The notes beneath the pieces are model-generated. The model did no database searches. It saw only the letters and a list, made by a program, of their open reading frames with translations, and was not told where the DNA came from. From NCBI GenBank assembly GCA_032718475.1, contig JAUCBJ010006491.1, positions 1-36,448 on the forward strand: a stretch of 36,448 nt of DNA, in the 5' to 3' direction. Within the stretch, counting starts at the first letter, position 1; the number at the start of each line of letters is the position of its first letter. Below, piece by piece: positions 12,845 through 23,499 of the stretch. The translations under genes and the position numbers were made by a program. This DNA comes from Nemertoderma westbladi (lineage: Eukaryota; Animalia; Xenacoelomorpha).

Positions 12845-13079
12845 AGGTTAGTTCCTGGTTACGGGGTGTACTGAGGCGAGGTAAGCACCTGGGGCTGTCA
12901 GCCTAACAAATGGTACACCGAGGCCCCCGAACCGACAAGGGAGGCAAGCCTGCGTCCAGCAGTCAGGGGCCAAGGACGTGTTGGTCACATCTTGAAGTGT
13001 CTACATAATGCAGTTGTCGATGCGACCAATCAGGTCGGAAAAGTAAAGGCTGGATACGTCCTGAGGGTACTATACATTA

Positions 13080-13597
13080 GACTACACGAAGTGGGGACTT
13101 CGCGCAGCACGAAGTTGGCAGAGCCTTAGCGAATTGACACTGTTAGGGGGTAGGTCAATTTATGCAAATAGTCACGTTGGCCCTCTAGCGGCAGACTGGA
13201 GAACTGCAGATGGATTCGCCTCCTTTGAAAGTCACAGCTAATGGTCTAATACATATCTGCCAAGTTTCAGCTTAAACGGATTAAAAGCAAAGAAATGGGA
13301 GGGCATTTAATGTTTAGACATGTGGCCCTCTAGCGGGAGACCATTGCACTGATGGTGTCTGAAAGTCTCTCAAAAATCTCAACTTTTGCTCATATTGATA
13401 CCTACAAATTTTCTACTTGGCAGCTTTAAATCCGACAAAGTTATTAGCATGTCAAAATCGTAACGACGACGACAACGACGACGACGACGACGACAACGAC
13501 GACGACGACGACGACGACAACTATTTGCATAAATTGACCCACCCCCTAACAGTGTCAATTCGCTAAGGCTCCGCCAACTTCGTGGCTCGCCCCACAA
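13080..13597. mobile_element. HINE/DINE-1-like or MITE-like non-autonomous element with 64-bp subterminal inverted repeats and a (GAC)n microsatellite
   Basis: 13108-13171 is the reverse complement of 13521-13584 with 2 mismatches. (ACG)n at 13463-13519 lies directly inside the right arm. GGCCCTCTAGCGG is repeated internally. Confidence 0.7.
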
Positions 13598-13735
13598 CAT
13601 TAGTGAACATCAATGTTTATTGTTTATTTAAAATAATTTGTAAAATACATCGTTTGCCAGTTGGGCCTAGTTTATTTAATACTGTGTTAATTTTTCGTTT
13701 GAGTTTTTATATTGTATTTCTTTCTATTTCTGCAG

Positions 13736-13962
13736 CCGGTGGCGGTGGTGGTGGTGCGGCTGCACCGGCAGCTCCTGCGTCCAACACCATGATGAATTTT
13801 GTAATGCCGGGAGCTGGGGGTGGTGGACAACAACCCCAGCAATACCCACCCCAGCAGCAATACCCACCGCCTCAACAATCGTACCCGCAACAATACCCCC
13901 CGCCCGTGAACGCATCAGCATCCCAACCCCCTGCGTACCATGAGAAGGATTCTGGATGTTGA
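13736..13962 (+). CDS. Coding exon 2 of the same gene: Gly/Pro/Gln/Tyr-rich cytoplasmic tail with a PPAY (PPxY) motif; spliced product 153 aa, Shisa/WBP1/CYYR1-like architecture
   Basis: Polypyrimidine tract and acceptor TTTCTGCAG| end at 13735. The phase matches exon 1 (C+CC = Pro). Encodes QQYPPQQQYPPP repeats and QPPAYHEK before TGA at 13960-13962. Confidence 0.82.
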
Positions 13963-14014
13963 AATGCGTTACAAATTCAAGTACCGGTACACTCTGGGGC
14001 GACAAAGTCAGCGA

Positions 14015-14248
14015 ACTTTAGCATACGGGTCCCGCTCTTTCAACATTTGTCTGTCTGTCCATAACTGTCGGTCAGTCTAACCTATCTGTCAACAAATCTT
14101 TGAAGGCTAATAACTCAAGTCAATTTTTGATCAAATTAAACCAAACTGGTTAGGCCTATAGAATATTGTAGTCTCTCGAAAGTTTGAAATATAACTTGCG
14201 TGGGATGACTCAGCAGTTCTCCAGTCACCCGCTTGAGGGCGACTAGTT
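14015..14248 (+). mobile_element. Short Helitron/Helentron-type non-autonomous element
   Basis: TGTC-type microsatellite at about 14048-14090; the element ends in an imperfect hairpin AGTCACCC-GCTTGA-GGGCGACT overlapping CTAGTT. Confidence 0.5.
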
Positions 14249-14494
14249 AACGATTGAAATAGTGGCACCCGTATGAAACGGCTCCCACTAAGGTGTACTG
14301 TACATCACAGGCTATTGTTACAGTAGTTGTTGCATATTTTTATCGGATACTGTAGGCATAACTTGCCTGCAGTAAGTTGTTATTTTAATATTAATGATTG
14401 ATAATAATTAATAATTGTATTAATAATTTAATAGTCTAATAATTTAGAATTTATTATGGAAACTGAAGCAGAGTGGCTGAACCTATTAAATAAT

Positions 14495-15140
14495 AAGGTT
14501 TTCGAGGTCGCTGATCACGATAAAACTTGTTAAAAATATTTTCTGGAAAAGCAACCATCATTTTTGGTGCTACTTTGTTCCCCTAGTATGAAAATTACAG
14601 TACAAGTAAAAAAATATCAAACTAAATTGTGTTTGGTTTGATAATTCTGAACGTACGTGTTTTCGAGGTCTCTGATTACGATGAAATTAGTTATAAATAT
14701 TTCTGGTAATGCAAACCCAATTTTAGTGCCATTCTAGTGCCCCAGAACGAAAATTACAAGTAGCACAAACATATAAACTATTAAATTTTGCCTTTGGTTT
14801 TGTAATTCTGATGCTATACTGGTTTTACACATTACAAACACATTACAAATCATTCGTGGTAACGCAACTGTAAATTTTGGTGCTTGTCTGGTGGGACGAA
14901 AATTACAAGTAGCAAACATTTCATATTGGAAAAAGCGAATTTGGTTGGATAATACGATATTTTTGAGTGTCATATTCGTGATCAGCGTCCCAGAAAATCC
15001 ATAATGTCTAAAAATCAGGTTGATTTGGTAATGATTTTTGGTTATCAAACTTTTGCTACCGGTACATGTATTTTTCGTGCCGCACATTGACACATATCAA
15101 AAAAAATGTTTTATTCGTGTTCAGCATTCCAAAAAAACCA
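14495..15140. repeat. Degenerate ~150-160-bp direct and inverted repeats, probably the interior of a non-autonomous DNA element
   Basis: GTTTTCGAGGTC(G/T)CTGAT(C/T)ACGA at about 14499 and 14660; GAAAATTACA recurs; inverted TCGTG(A/T)TCAGC copies at about 14977 and 15115. Confidence 0.55.
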
Positions 15141-15422
15141 TATGGTCATAAAATCAATTTAATTTTGTGGTGATTTTTCATTATCATATTTACACTACGA
15201 TTTTTTTTCGTGACCCAGAGGGCACATTCAAAATTACCAACAATTTTTTAGAATGTTGTATTTGAGTTCAATATTTGTGACAAATATCAGTGTACAAAAA
15301 AAAACAGCTATATATAGCGCAAAAAAATTAATTTTAGTGAATTATAAAAACATTTGAAAATTTTAGCACGAAAAATACCTGAGATGGACCAGAGAAAGGG
15401 ACCACATCAAAAAACTAACATT

Positions 15423-15597
15423 GGCTGCGAGAAAAGGGACCTGTGTTTTTAATTTTTTGTTTTTATTTAAACACTCATAACTTTTTAACGAAAAACGATA
15501 TGAAAAAACTGGCTCGATATTCGGAAAGCCCAGAAAATTATGTATCTAAGAGGCCTAAAAACGCAAAATCGACCCCCAGGTCCCTTTTCTCGCAACC
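15423..15597. mobile_element. Small MITE-like element with a 21-bp inverted repeat
   Basis: GGCTGCGAGAAAAGGGACCTG (15423-15443) versus CAGGTCCCTTTTCTCGCAACC (15577-15597), 20/21 complementary. Confidence 0.55.
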
Positions 15598-16069
15598 AGC
15601 CATCATCACCATCAGTGTCACAAAACTTCTATGATCACGGTAGATGGTCTGGTAAGCAATTATTGTTCGTGACTGGGATTTGCGTGGGTATTAAATTTTA
15701 CTCAGAACCAACCAAACACTGTAGACTGTAGGCATATTGTAGTTTCACAACAATTATTGTAAGTAGAAGGTAATTAAAGTATTATTTCGGTCTGCTGAAT
15801 ACTGTAACAGGAAGTCGGGGTATTATATTCACTCGGTTGTGGTATTATATCTTATATTCAGTCCGCTGAGACCCAATACTGTACAGGTTCCGGCTGTGGG
15901 AATTATAATTAAACAATACAGGCAACTGCTGCATGGTCTATTGAACAAAAGTATTACACAGTAGCATCAAGGTTGGTGTCAAGGCTTGAGCGCCAACGTT
16001 GGAGGCCGGTGGCGTCAACATGAAGTTTAGTTTGAACTGATATATTACCTTAATTGAAAATAACAATAA

Positions 16070-16290
16070 CACTAAACTGTAGTGGGGCCTTTGTGCAGCA
16101 AAAGCTGCAAGATATCTTAGCGAACAATTATAAATTTACTATGGCTAGTTATATCTCTGGATTTCGACAATTATGACTTCCGACACACACACTGACACAC
16201 ACACCCGACCCCAGAGACTTTTAGAAAACGGCCATAATATAATTATAACATTTCGCTGATGGCTCGCAGTTTTGACTCGCCCCTCAAATT
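16070..16290. mobile_element. Degenerate HINE-like element related to the 13080-13597 element
   Basis: Both begin AGTGGGG..GCAGCA..CTTAGCGAA and end TTCGCT..(G/A)CTCGCCCC. A CA-type microsatellite at 16182-16205 precedes the right end. Confidence 0.45.
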
Positions 16291-16736
16291 TGATATAGTT
16301 TCACTGCTTAGGTTTGGTTAGATTTAAATATACGTGCACTGCCCTGCAATCTGTGATGTTCTCATTGTAGTTTTAGGAACGAATTACCGGAAAGAATAGG
16401 TGGACGGCTTTGAAATTTTTAAATCGAAAATTAAGAGTTGAAAATAAGTTTCAGCACCACAGGGTGTTTTCATGTAAATTTGGCGCTATAGAAATATACA
16501 AATTATAATAATACATAAAATTAGTACTTAGTTACTGTAGACTGTATAGTTAATCAGTGTAGCCGTGATGGTTCGTGGTTAATATACACTACCCCTTCAT
16601 TTGCGGTTGTGAAGGTTGTGATTGGAAGTGGTTAAAGACGGCTAAGTACCTACAGTAGGGTTGAGTCCATGGAGAGGTACAGTAAATTGCGGACATACAA
16701 GGTATCAGGTAGTATTTCCAGGTCTATCTTTTACCT

Positions 16737-16808
16737 GAGCCGCTAGCTGAATGGTTAGAGCGTCAGACTTCCAACCGCGGTGGTCACCAGTTCGATCCCA
16801 CCTGGACG
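16737..16808 (+). mobile_element. tRNA-derived SINE head or tRNA pseudogene
   Basis: A box TAGCTGAATGG and B box GTTCGATCC at tRNA spacing. The acceptor and anticodon stems do not pair properly. Confidence 0.6.
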
Positions 16809-16986
16809 TTATTGCCGACTTTGCAAAGCTGTGCTCAACAAAAAGTTGTAATAATTATGAACAATGGCGAATCGATATAATTATATTTATTTGTGGGGAA
16901 TTATTTGCAATTATGCACTTAAACTTTCTAGAACAACATAATAATGACGCGGTGACATTTCTACCCAGTGTAGCAACGGAATCTTG

Positions 16987-17284
16987 GCCCATGTGAAGAA
17001 TACCAGACTTTCTACCGTTATATTTCACTTTGCAGTTACCCCCCCCCCCCCCCCCCCCTTGTGAAGAATACCAGGTTTTCACTAAAAACACAGGTTACAG
17101 AAGGTTAACCAAAAAATTAACGAATTTGTATATGTACAGACAGGTTATACAGTAAGACAGAAATAAGTGCTACTGTATAAAACACTTAATAATGATAAAT
17201 TTAAAAAAATAAAAAATCTTCATATATACAATTCTAATAAAAGGTCGACCGAAAAATGGAATTCCTGGTATTCTTCACATGTGC
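16987..17284. mobile_element. MITE-like element with 20-bp inverted termini
   Basis: GCCCATGTGAAGAATACCAG (16987-17006) versus CTGGTATTCTTCACATGTGC (17265-17284), 19/20. A third direct copy of TGTGAAGAATACCAG lies at about 17060. Confidence 0.55.
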
Positions 17285-17599
17285 ACCTATTCTTGCTTGA
17301 ACATAATATATTTTAGTTTGTAAAGTCTTTCTTCAGTATATTTCTTAAAAAGCTTATAGCGCCTACTATACTAACTGCAGTTTGTAGCACAAAAAAAACT
17401 GATGTTGAATATTGGTATTCTAGAACACATTAAAAAAAAATAATCAATTTTTTAAACTAGCTATTTTTTGCTACTTGTTAAAGTCCTAGAACATGTTAGC
17501 TATCAATTAAGGTTCTAGAACACTTTTTTGGGGCTAGAGTTCAGTATAGAACTGCATTTTTAAAACACATGTCATTGTTATTACGGCAACATTGAAGAG

Positions 17600-18003
17600 T
17601 TCTAGAACAATAGAAAATTATTATATACTATTCTAGAACATAAATAAAATAAAAAATATAATGTTCTAGAACATATAGCTAGTTTTTTTTTTAAATTTTG
17701 AAATAGATAGTAAATTTAAAAAAATATCCAATTTGGTAGATAAAATTTTTAATAAATAAATAGTATAAATAATAAATTTTTTTGTATTACTAGCTATTCT
17801 AAATTTGAAAAATAACTAACTATATGTTCTAGAACATTATATCATTTGTATTATTTATGCTCTAGAATAGTGTATAATACTATAATATTAAATAAATAAA
17901 ATAAAAAATAATAATGTTCTAAAACATATAGCTAGTTTTTTTTTAATTTGAAAATACTGTAGCTAGTAAATTTAACAAATAATACAATTTGGTACCGGTA
18001 GAA
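17600..18003. repeat. AT-rich foldback repeat with alternating ~95-bp arms rich in TTCTAGAA (copy A)
   Basis: About 17620-17715 is the reverse complement of about 17786-17878, and the arm recurs at about 17890-17970. Confidence 0.75.
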
Positions 18004-18039
18004 GTTTTTGGTATTAGTATGGCCTGTGACCATATATGT

Positions 18040-19903
18040 GATATAACCCATGGGTTACCCGTTGGGTCTACGGATTGGATGTAACCCACGGGTTACCCGT
18101 TGAGTTTACGGGTTGGATATAACCCATGGGTTACCCGTTGGGTCTACGGATTGGATGTAACCCATGGGTTACCCGTTGAGTTTACGAGTTGGATATAACC
18201 CATGGGTTACCCGTTGGGTCTACGGGTTGGATGTATCCCATGGGTTACCCGTTGAGTTTACGGGTTGGATATAACCCATGGGTTACCCGTTGGGTCTACG
18301 GGTTGGATGTAACCCATGGGTTACCCGTTGGGTCTACGGATTGGATGTAACCCACGGGTTACCCGTTGAGTTTACGGGTTGGATATAACCCATGGGTTAC
18401 CCGTTGGGTCTACGGATTGGATGTAACCCATGGGTTACCCGTTGAGTTTACGAGTTGGATATAACCCATGGGTTACCCGTTGGGTCTACTGGTTGGATGT
18501 AACTCACGGGTTACCCGTTGAGTTTACGGGTTGGATATAACCCATGGGTTACCCGTTGGGTCTACGGATTGGATGTAACCCACGGGTTACCCGTTGAGTT
18601 TACGGGTTGGATATAACCCATGGGTTACCCGTTGGGTCTACGGATTGGATGTAACCCATGGGTTACCCGTTGAGTTTACGAGTTGGATATAACCCATGGG
18701 TTACCCGTTGGGTCTACGGGTTGGATGTATCCCATGGGTTACCCGTTGAGTTTACGGGTTGGATATAACCCATGGGTTACCCGTTGGGTCTACGGGTTGG
18801 ATGTAACCCATGGGTTACCCGTTGGGTCTACGGGTTGGATGTAACCCATGGGTTACCCATTGGGTCTACGGGTTGGATGTATCCCATGGGTTACCCGTTG
18901 AGTTTACGGGTTGGATATAACCCATGGGTTACCCGTTGGGTCTACGGGTTGGATGTAACCCATGGGTTACCCGTTGGGTCTACGGGTTGGATGTAACCCA
19001 TGGGTTACCCATTGGGTCTACGGGTTGGATGTAACCCATGGGTTACCCGTTGGGTCTACGGATTGGATGTAATGTAACCCATGGGTTACCCGTTGAGTTT
19101 ACGGGTTGGATATAACCCATGGGTTACCCGTTGGGTCTACGGGTTGGATGTAACCCACGGGTTACCCGTTGGGTATACTGCTGTACTGGTTGGATGTAAC
19201 CCATGGGTTACCCGTTGGGTATACTGCTGTACTGGTTGGATGTAACCCATGGGTTACCCGTTGGGTATATGGGTTGGATGTAACCCATGGGTTACCCGTT
19301 GGGTCTACGAGTTGGATGTAACCCATGGGTTACCCGTTGGGTCTACGGGTTGGATGTAACCCATGGGTTACCCTTTGGGTCTACGGGTTGGATGTAACCC
19401 ATGGGTTACCCGTTGGGTCTACGGGTTGGATGTAACCCATGGGTTACCCGTTGGGTCTACGGATTGGATGTAATGTAACCCATGGGTTACCCGTTGAGTT
19501 TACGGGTTGGAATTAACCCATGGGTTACCCGTTGGGTCTACGGGTTGGATGTAACCCACGGGTTACCCGTTGGGTATACTGCTGTACTGGTTGGATGTAA
19601 CCCATGGGTTACCCGTTGGGTATACTGCTGTACTGGTTGGATGTAACCCATGGGTTACCCGTTGGGTATATGGGTTGGATGTAACCCATGGGTTACCCGT
19701 TGGGTCTACGAGTTGGATGTAACCCATGGGTTACCCGTTGGGTCTACGGGTTGGATGTAACCCATGGGTTACCCTTTGGGTCTACGGGTTGGATGTAACC
19801 CATGGGTTACCCGTTGGGTCTACGGGTTGGATATAACCCATGGGTTACCCGTTGGGTCTACGGGTTGGATGTAACCCACGGGTTACCCGTTGGGTCTACG
19901 GGT
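18040..19903. repeat. 38-bp satellite, consensus TAACCCATGGGTTACCCGTTGGGTCTACGGGTTGGATG, about 49 units
   Basis: 38-bp periodicity is directly visible. Consensus units contain the perfect 16-bp palindrome GTAACCCATGGGTTAC. Confidence 0.97.
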
Positions 19904-20170
19904 TCCATCTATCCTTTATGGGATTTCTACCGCGGTTCCTGGAACCGACGTTCGCCAACGGAGGCCACACGACCTACGGCAGTGCCGTTCATTTGTTTAT
20001 TGTAACTCAAAGGATATTATTAAAACATGTTGGTCGAACTATTTCTGTTTCTATTATTGTTGCTTATTATTTGAGAATATTATATTGGTTTGTTACAGAA
20101 ACACCTACTGCTACGGGCTACAGTACAGTTTGTTTATTTCTGGAACTTGAACTTGAACTCTTTAGGTTCG

Positions 20171-21097
20171 TTACGGCTTGCATTTAAGTTTCATCTCTAA
20201 GGTTTTACTCAGCAGTTCCCATTCATTGGGGTGAGTTCCACCAATCCACCATCCATTACTGTCGTTAAACTTCTTGTTATCCAGGACCGTTAGATCGTAT
20301 GTTTCATTATCCAATACACCGGTAGCAGCGGTCCCAGCAGTACCTGAATGGGTGTAACTAGAAATCTTTAGCAAATTATCAGGATAATTACCCACAGTAA
20401 AGTCGCTGTAGACTCTCGTCGAGTTACCCAAGTCGACCTTTACGTAACAATCCTTCCCGTATGTCAGCTGATAGATATTTTGCACTCCTAGGAAGTACGA
20501 TCCGTTGGGATCTCCGAATCCGTAGTAGTAATCAGAACTAATTCCATCCCAGAAGTTGTTGATGCGACTGTAGAATATAATCCAGCCTCCGTCGCATCTG
20601 AGTTGATTATTGATTATTTCATCTCCCTTGGAGGTGTATAGAATATATATGGGATCAGCTTTATCGACGGTATATTGGGTCTCGGATTGTGTAGCTTTAT
20701 AGCATATATTGGAATGAGCGTAGGAATCACAATCTACCTCATTGCATTCAATAAACGAGTGATAAAACTTGTCCTCAATGGAGATTGTTGTTGAAGTGAT
20801 TGTGGAGATTGTCGTTGAAGTAATTGTAGTCATGGTGATTAATCCAGCTTCTCCTATTGAGCTGATTGTGGTCGTCACGTCTGCTCCCGATGGTAACAGC
20901 ATCAGTATTATTACTGTTACTAGAGCAACTAGAAGAATTCCTATTGCCGCGGCTAAAAGTTTCATTAGATTATCGCAATCATCCAGCAGCATTCGGCACA
21001 GCCAGTTCGATTGGTTGGCGTTGTTGTTCGGCTGAGGGGCGATCGGCAGCTGAACTTCGTCCACTTCGATTTCTTCAACAGCTGGTAGACCTGACAT
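20171..21097 (-). CDS. Type II membrane fibrinogen-related-domain (FReD) protein, paralog A, 308 aa, uninterrupted CDS
   Basis: First ATG at 21097. Acidic N-tail, TM segment LLAAAIGILLVALVTVIILMLL, Thr/Ser stalk, then FReD-type motifs CDGGWIIFYSR, YYYGFGDPNGSYFLGVQNIYQLT, VKVDL, YSDFTV, LKI..Y..GTAG, GWW and EMKL. AATAAA lies about 35 nt after the stop. Confidence 0.85.
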   Translation of the reverse strand: MSGLPAVEEIEVDEVQLPIAPQPNNNANQSNWLCRMLLDDCDNLMKLLAAAIGILLVALVTVIILMLLPSGADVTTTISSIGEAGLITMTTITSTTISTITSTTISIEDKFYHSFIECNEVDCDSYAHSNICYKATQSETQYTVDKADPIYILYTSKGDEIINNQLRCDGGWIIFYSRINNFWDGISSDYYYGFGDPNGSYFLGVQNIYQLTYGKDCYVKVDLGNSTRVYSDFTVGNYPDNLLKISSYTHSGTAGTAATGVLDNETYDLTVLDNKKFNDSNGWWIGGTHPNEWELLSKTLEMKLKCKP

Positions 21098-22382
21098 TGT
21101 TCGAATGTGAAGCAAGACTTGTACAAAATAATTATTTAATAAATTGTATTCGTAACGGTAAGAATTCCTGACTTCTGATATTTTTCGTCTTTTGCAAATT
21201 TGCAATCAATATATTTATCACTATAATATATTTACACCAAAATTTGAAAATTTCATAAGCCCTTATGTAATGCCAGAGTTTTTTTAAACAAAAAGTTGTC
21301 CTTCTAACAGTTGGATTGTAGTAAGAAGTAGATGGTATTTTAAATTTTGAGTCAGCTACTACTTTTTACGAGCTACAGGTAGGAAAAAAATTAATTGAAA
21401 AAATACATATTTTAATCCTAATCAAATATAAAATAAATTTTCCAGGAAAACTTACCGAGTCATGGTAGATAAAATATATGTAATAATTGTTTACTAGCTA
21501 TAGTTTATTTTATTTATAAAGTAGAAAACTAAACATTCAACAATAAAAAACATTCTAAAATATCTTGATTGTATGGAACATGTCAAAATAAATGTACAAT
21601 AATATAATAAAAGCCAGGAAAAACAATTTAACTTAAATTAATTTATGTTCCGTAACAAAACACTGGCATTATTTTCCTAAATTGGGTGTAAACATACGGT
21701 AGTGAAACCATAAATATAAAAATAAAAATGCAAACCTGTATTATTTTACAACGGAACTGCAACTAATAAAAGATTCTAGAACAGGGAATTATTATGGTAA
21801 CAAATAAATTTATCATGAATAGGTAGACCAAAAGGATTGTAGCGGAATTTTTAAGTATTTTGTTAAACGGCTAGGAATTGGAATTGGAATTATTTTATTG
21901 ACATCAAAATATGAAAACAATACGAAAGTAAATGTGGTATGGAGTATAGACAAACACCGCTCCAGAGTTCTCCAGTGTTCTAGAATATCGAAAAAAAATG
22001 AAGAGAGCTGCTGAGTTAACGCTGGTTAAAGTAAGCAATAATAACTAACGCACGTAGGCCTTTGTCTTGATTGAGATATGACAACAGACACGTCATTGTA
22101 ATTTGAAATCCTGGCCTCTCATTGGCTAGTAACTGGCTGAGCTATAATAATTAAATTGATGAATGTGAATGAAAATGAAATTAAGATTGGTTCGCTTATG
22201 AAGTTATCGGTATTATTAATAGTTAATATTGTTAATTGTTAATAACGGAAATATTGTTGTAAATTCGTTAAAGTGCATTGGTAGTAGGTATCCATAATTG
22301 GTATTCATATTACGTGTTATTCATACTTGGTATTCATATTACGTGTTATTCATAATTGCACAGAATTCGACGGCTTTTGACA

Positions 22383-22490
22383 ATAATTCCAATTTCAGAT
22401 AATTCAACAGAATCAATTGTAAAGGCATTCTTCTTCAATTGGGTTGGTCGTTTTGGAGTTCCTAAAATAATTGTTTCTGATAGGGGAGCA
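22383..22490 (+). pseudogene. 36-codon fragment of a Gypsy-type integrase core
   Basis: Translates as IIPISDNSTESIVKAFFFNWVGRFGVPKIIVSDRGA, matching the W..RFG.P..IVSD.G motif around the second catalytic Asp of rve integrases. Confidence 0.7.
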
Positions 22491-22497
22491 TAGTTAA

Positions 22498-23065
22498 TGT
22501 GACGGGATCCAGATGGGATCCCGGTTTATCCGGTTGTCAGTTCACGCGTCCCCGCCGTGTGTGAAGAGTAAAAGAGTTTCGGATGTTCGACGTGTATAAT
22601 GTTTGGGTATATGGATGTAGATACGGTATAATGGTGGACAAAGTTATTGCATATGGAAGGCGGGAGACGGTAATTGAAATCCCGGTACTTCCCTAACTAA
22701 ACTATTGTAAGCTACAGTAACACCAGTAACTAGCACTGAGATAACTGAACTGATATGATTACAGGTTACTGGTTATATTGCACGGTGGCCTTATTGCTAC
22801 TCAATCGATGCCTTTCCCCCCTCTGATTGGCTAATACCCCTGTTGGCACCCTTTGCCCCCCTCTGAAGTGCTTCCCTTCGCCCTTGCTGTTCTCTCTCTG
22901 TTAGGGGGTTTGGCCCCTGACCCTTATTGTGTGTGTCTCCTTTGGGGCCTATTGTCCCCGTTTACTGGGCTGACACGAGGTTGATTGGTAATCAACCTCG
23001 TGCTCCCAATATTGCTTTATGGCTCACTTTATGGGGTTTGGTGAGGCGGAATTGATTCGCTAACA
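22498..23065 (-). repeat. 3' LTR (568 bp)
   Basis: Matches 29438-30005 except for two substitutions found by eye (22661 C/T and 23029 T/C). Confidence 0.96.
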
Positions 23066-23074
23066 CTCCCCCCC
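23066..23074 (-). other. Polypurine tract GGGGGGGAG
   Basis: Immediately precedes the 3' LTR on the minus strand. Confidence 0.85.
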
Positions 23075-23499
23075 ATGCTATCTTCCCGGTGAGAAGATAG
23101 CATCAACCACTAAGTGCGCTTCAATTCCGCTGGAACTCGATCTATTATCGGGTGTGGGGTGGAGTTATTTTCTTGGAGTCGGCTTTCCAGGCCGCTCCCT
23201 ATGGGTATGATCTCACTACCCTCTGGCGTCTCGTGTCGGGCCGATCGTGCGCTTCTCTCACACAATTTTTGTTTCCCCGACACTCTCACCGCTCTAACTC
23301 CGCTCTCTGACTCAACTCGCTCTTGCCCTCTCCCCACACCTGAATCGCACACCTCTCTCTCGCCAACAGCTCCTTTCACTATCTCCTCTCTACTCCCTGC
23401 CACTCTTTAAGGCCCTGACCTCTAATGCTACCCCTGTGCTATCATACTATCTACCTACTATTCACTTGCTAACTATCTAACTCTCTTACTAACTTTAAC

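Larger units (their letters stand above)
10590..13070 (-). pseudogene. Decayed, 5'-truncated RLE-type non-LTR retrotransposon (CRE-clade-like), split by an RTE insertion
   Basis: Minus-strand peptides WTQACLPCRFGGLGVP..APGAYLAS (about 12870-12960), WLNAIPSATLGLRIADEQFGVAVALRL, LEPVGL..KRPDG..PWSNGKVLVWHFTC and QFLRQRLRMAIQAGNA resemble CRE-type RT-thumb and restriction-like endonuclease regions. The copy has frameshifts, an in-frame stop at 10763, and no CCHC finger. Confidence 0.75.
16547..21868 (+). repeat. Segmental duplication, copy A (paralogous to 30006-36445)
   Basis: Collinear near-identical blocks: 16550-16739 with 30006-30196, 17540-18003 with 30673-31128, the 38-bp array, and 19905-21868 with 34505-36445. 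Confidence 0.93.

Noticed and set aside
13379-13600. Arg-rich protamine-like ORF
   Set aside because: Translation of the (GAC)n microsatellite within a non-autonomous element.
16737-16808. Functional tRNA-Trp(CCA)
   Set aside because: A and B boxes are present, but the acceptor and anticodon stems do not pair.
18040-19903. CRISPR-like array (palindromic repeat with regular spacing), also at 32432-34503
   Set aside because: The intervening 22 bp are near-identical rather than unique spacers, there are no cas genes, and the context is eukaryotic.
21098-21205. N-terminal extension of FReD paralog A from a TTG start
   Set aside because: Non-ATG start, and the same region is frameshifted in paralog B.
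23110-23410. env-like or accessory ORF before the PPT
   Set aside because: Under 100 aa, non-ATG starts, no signal peptide, TM or recognisable motif on either strand.
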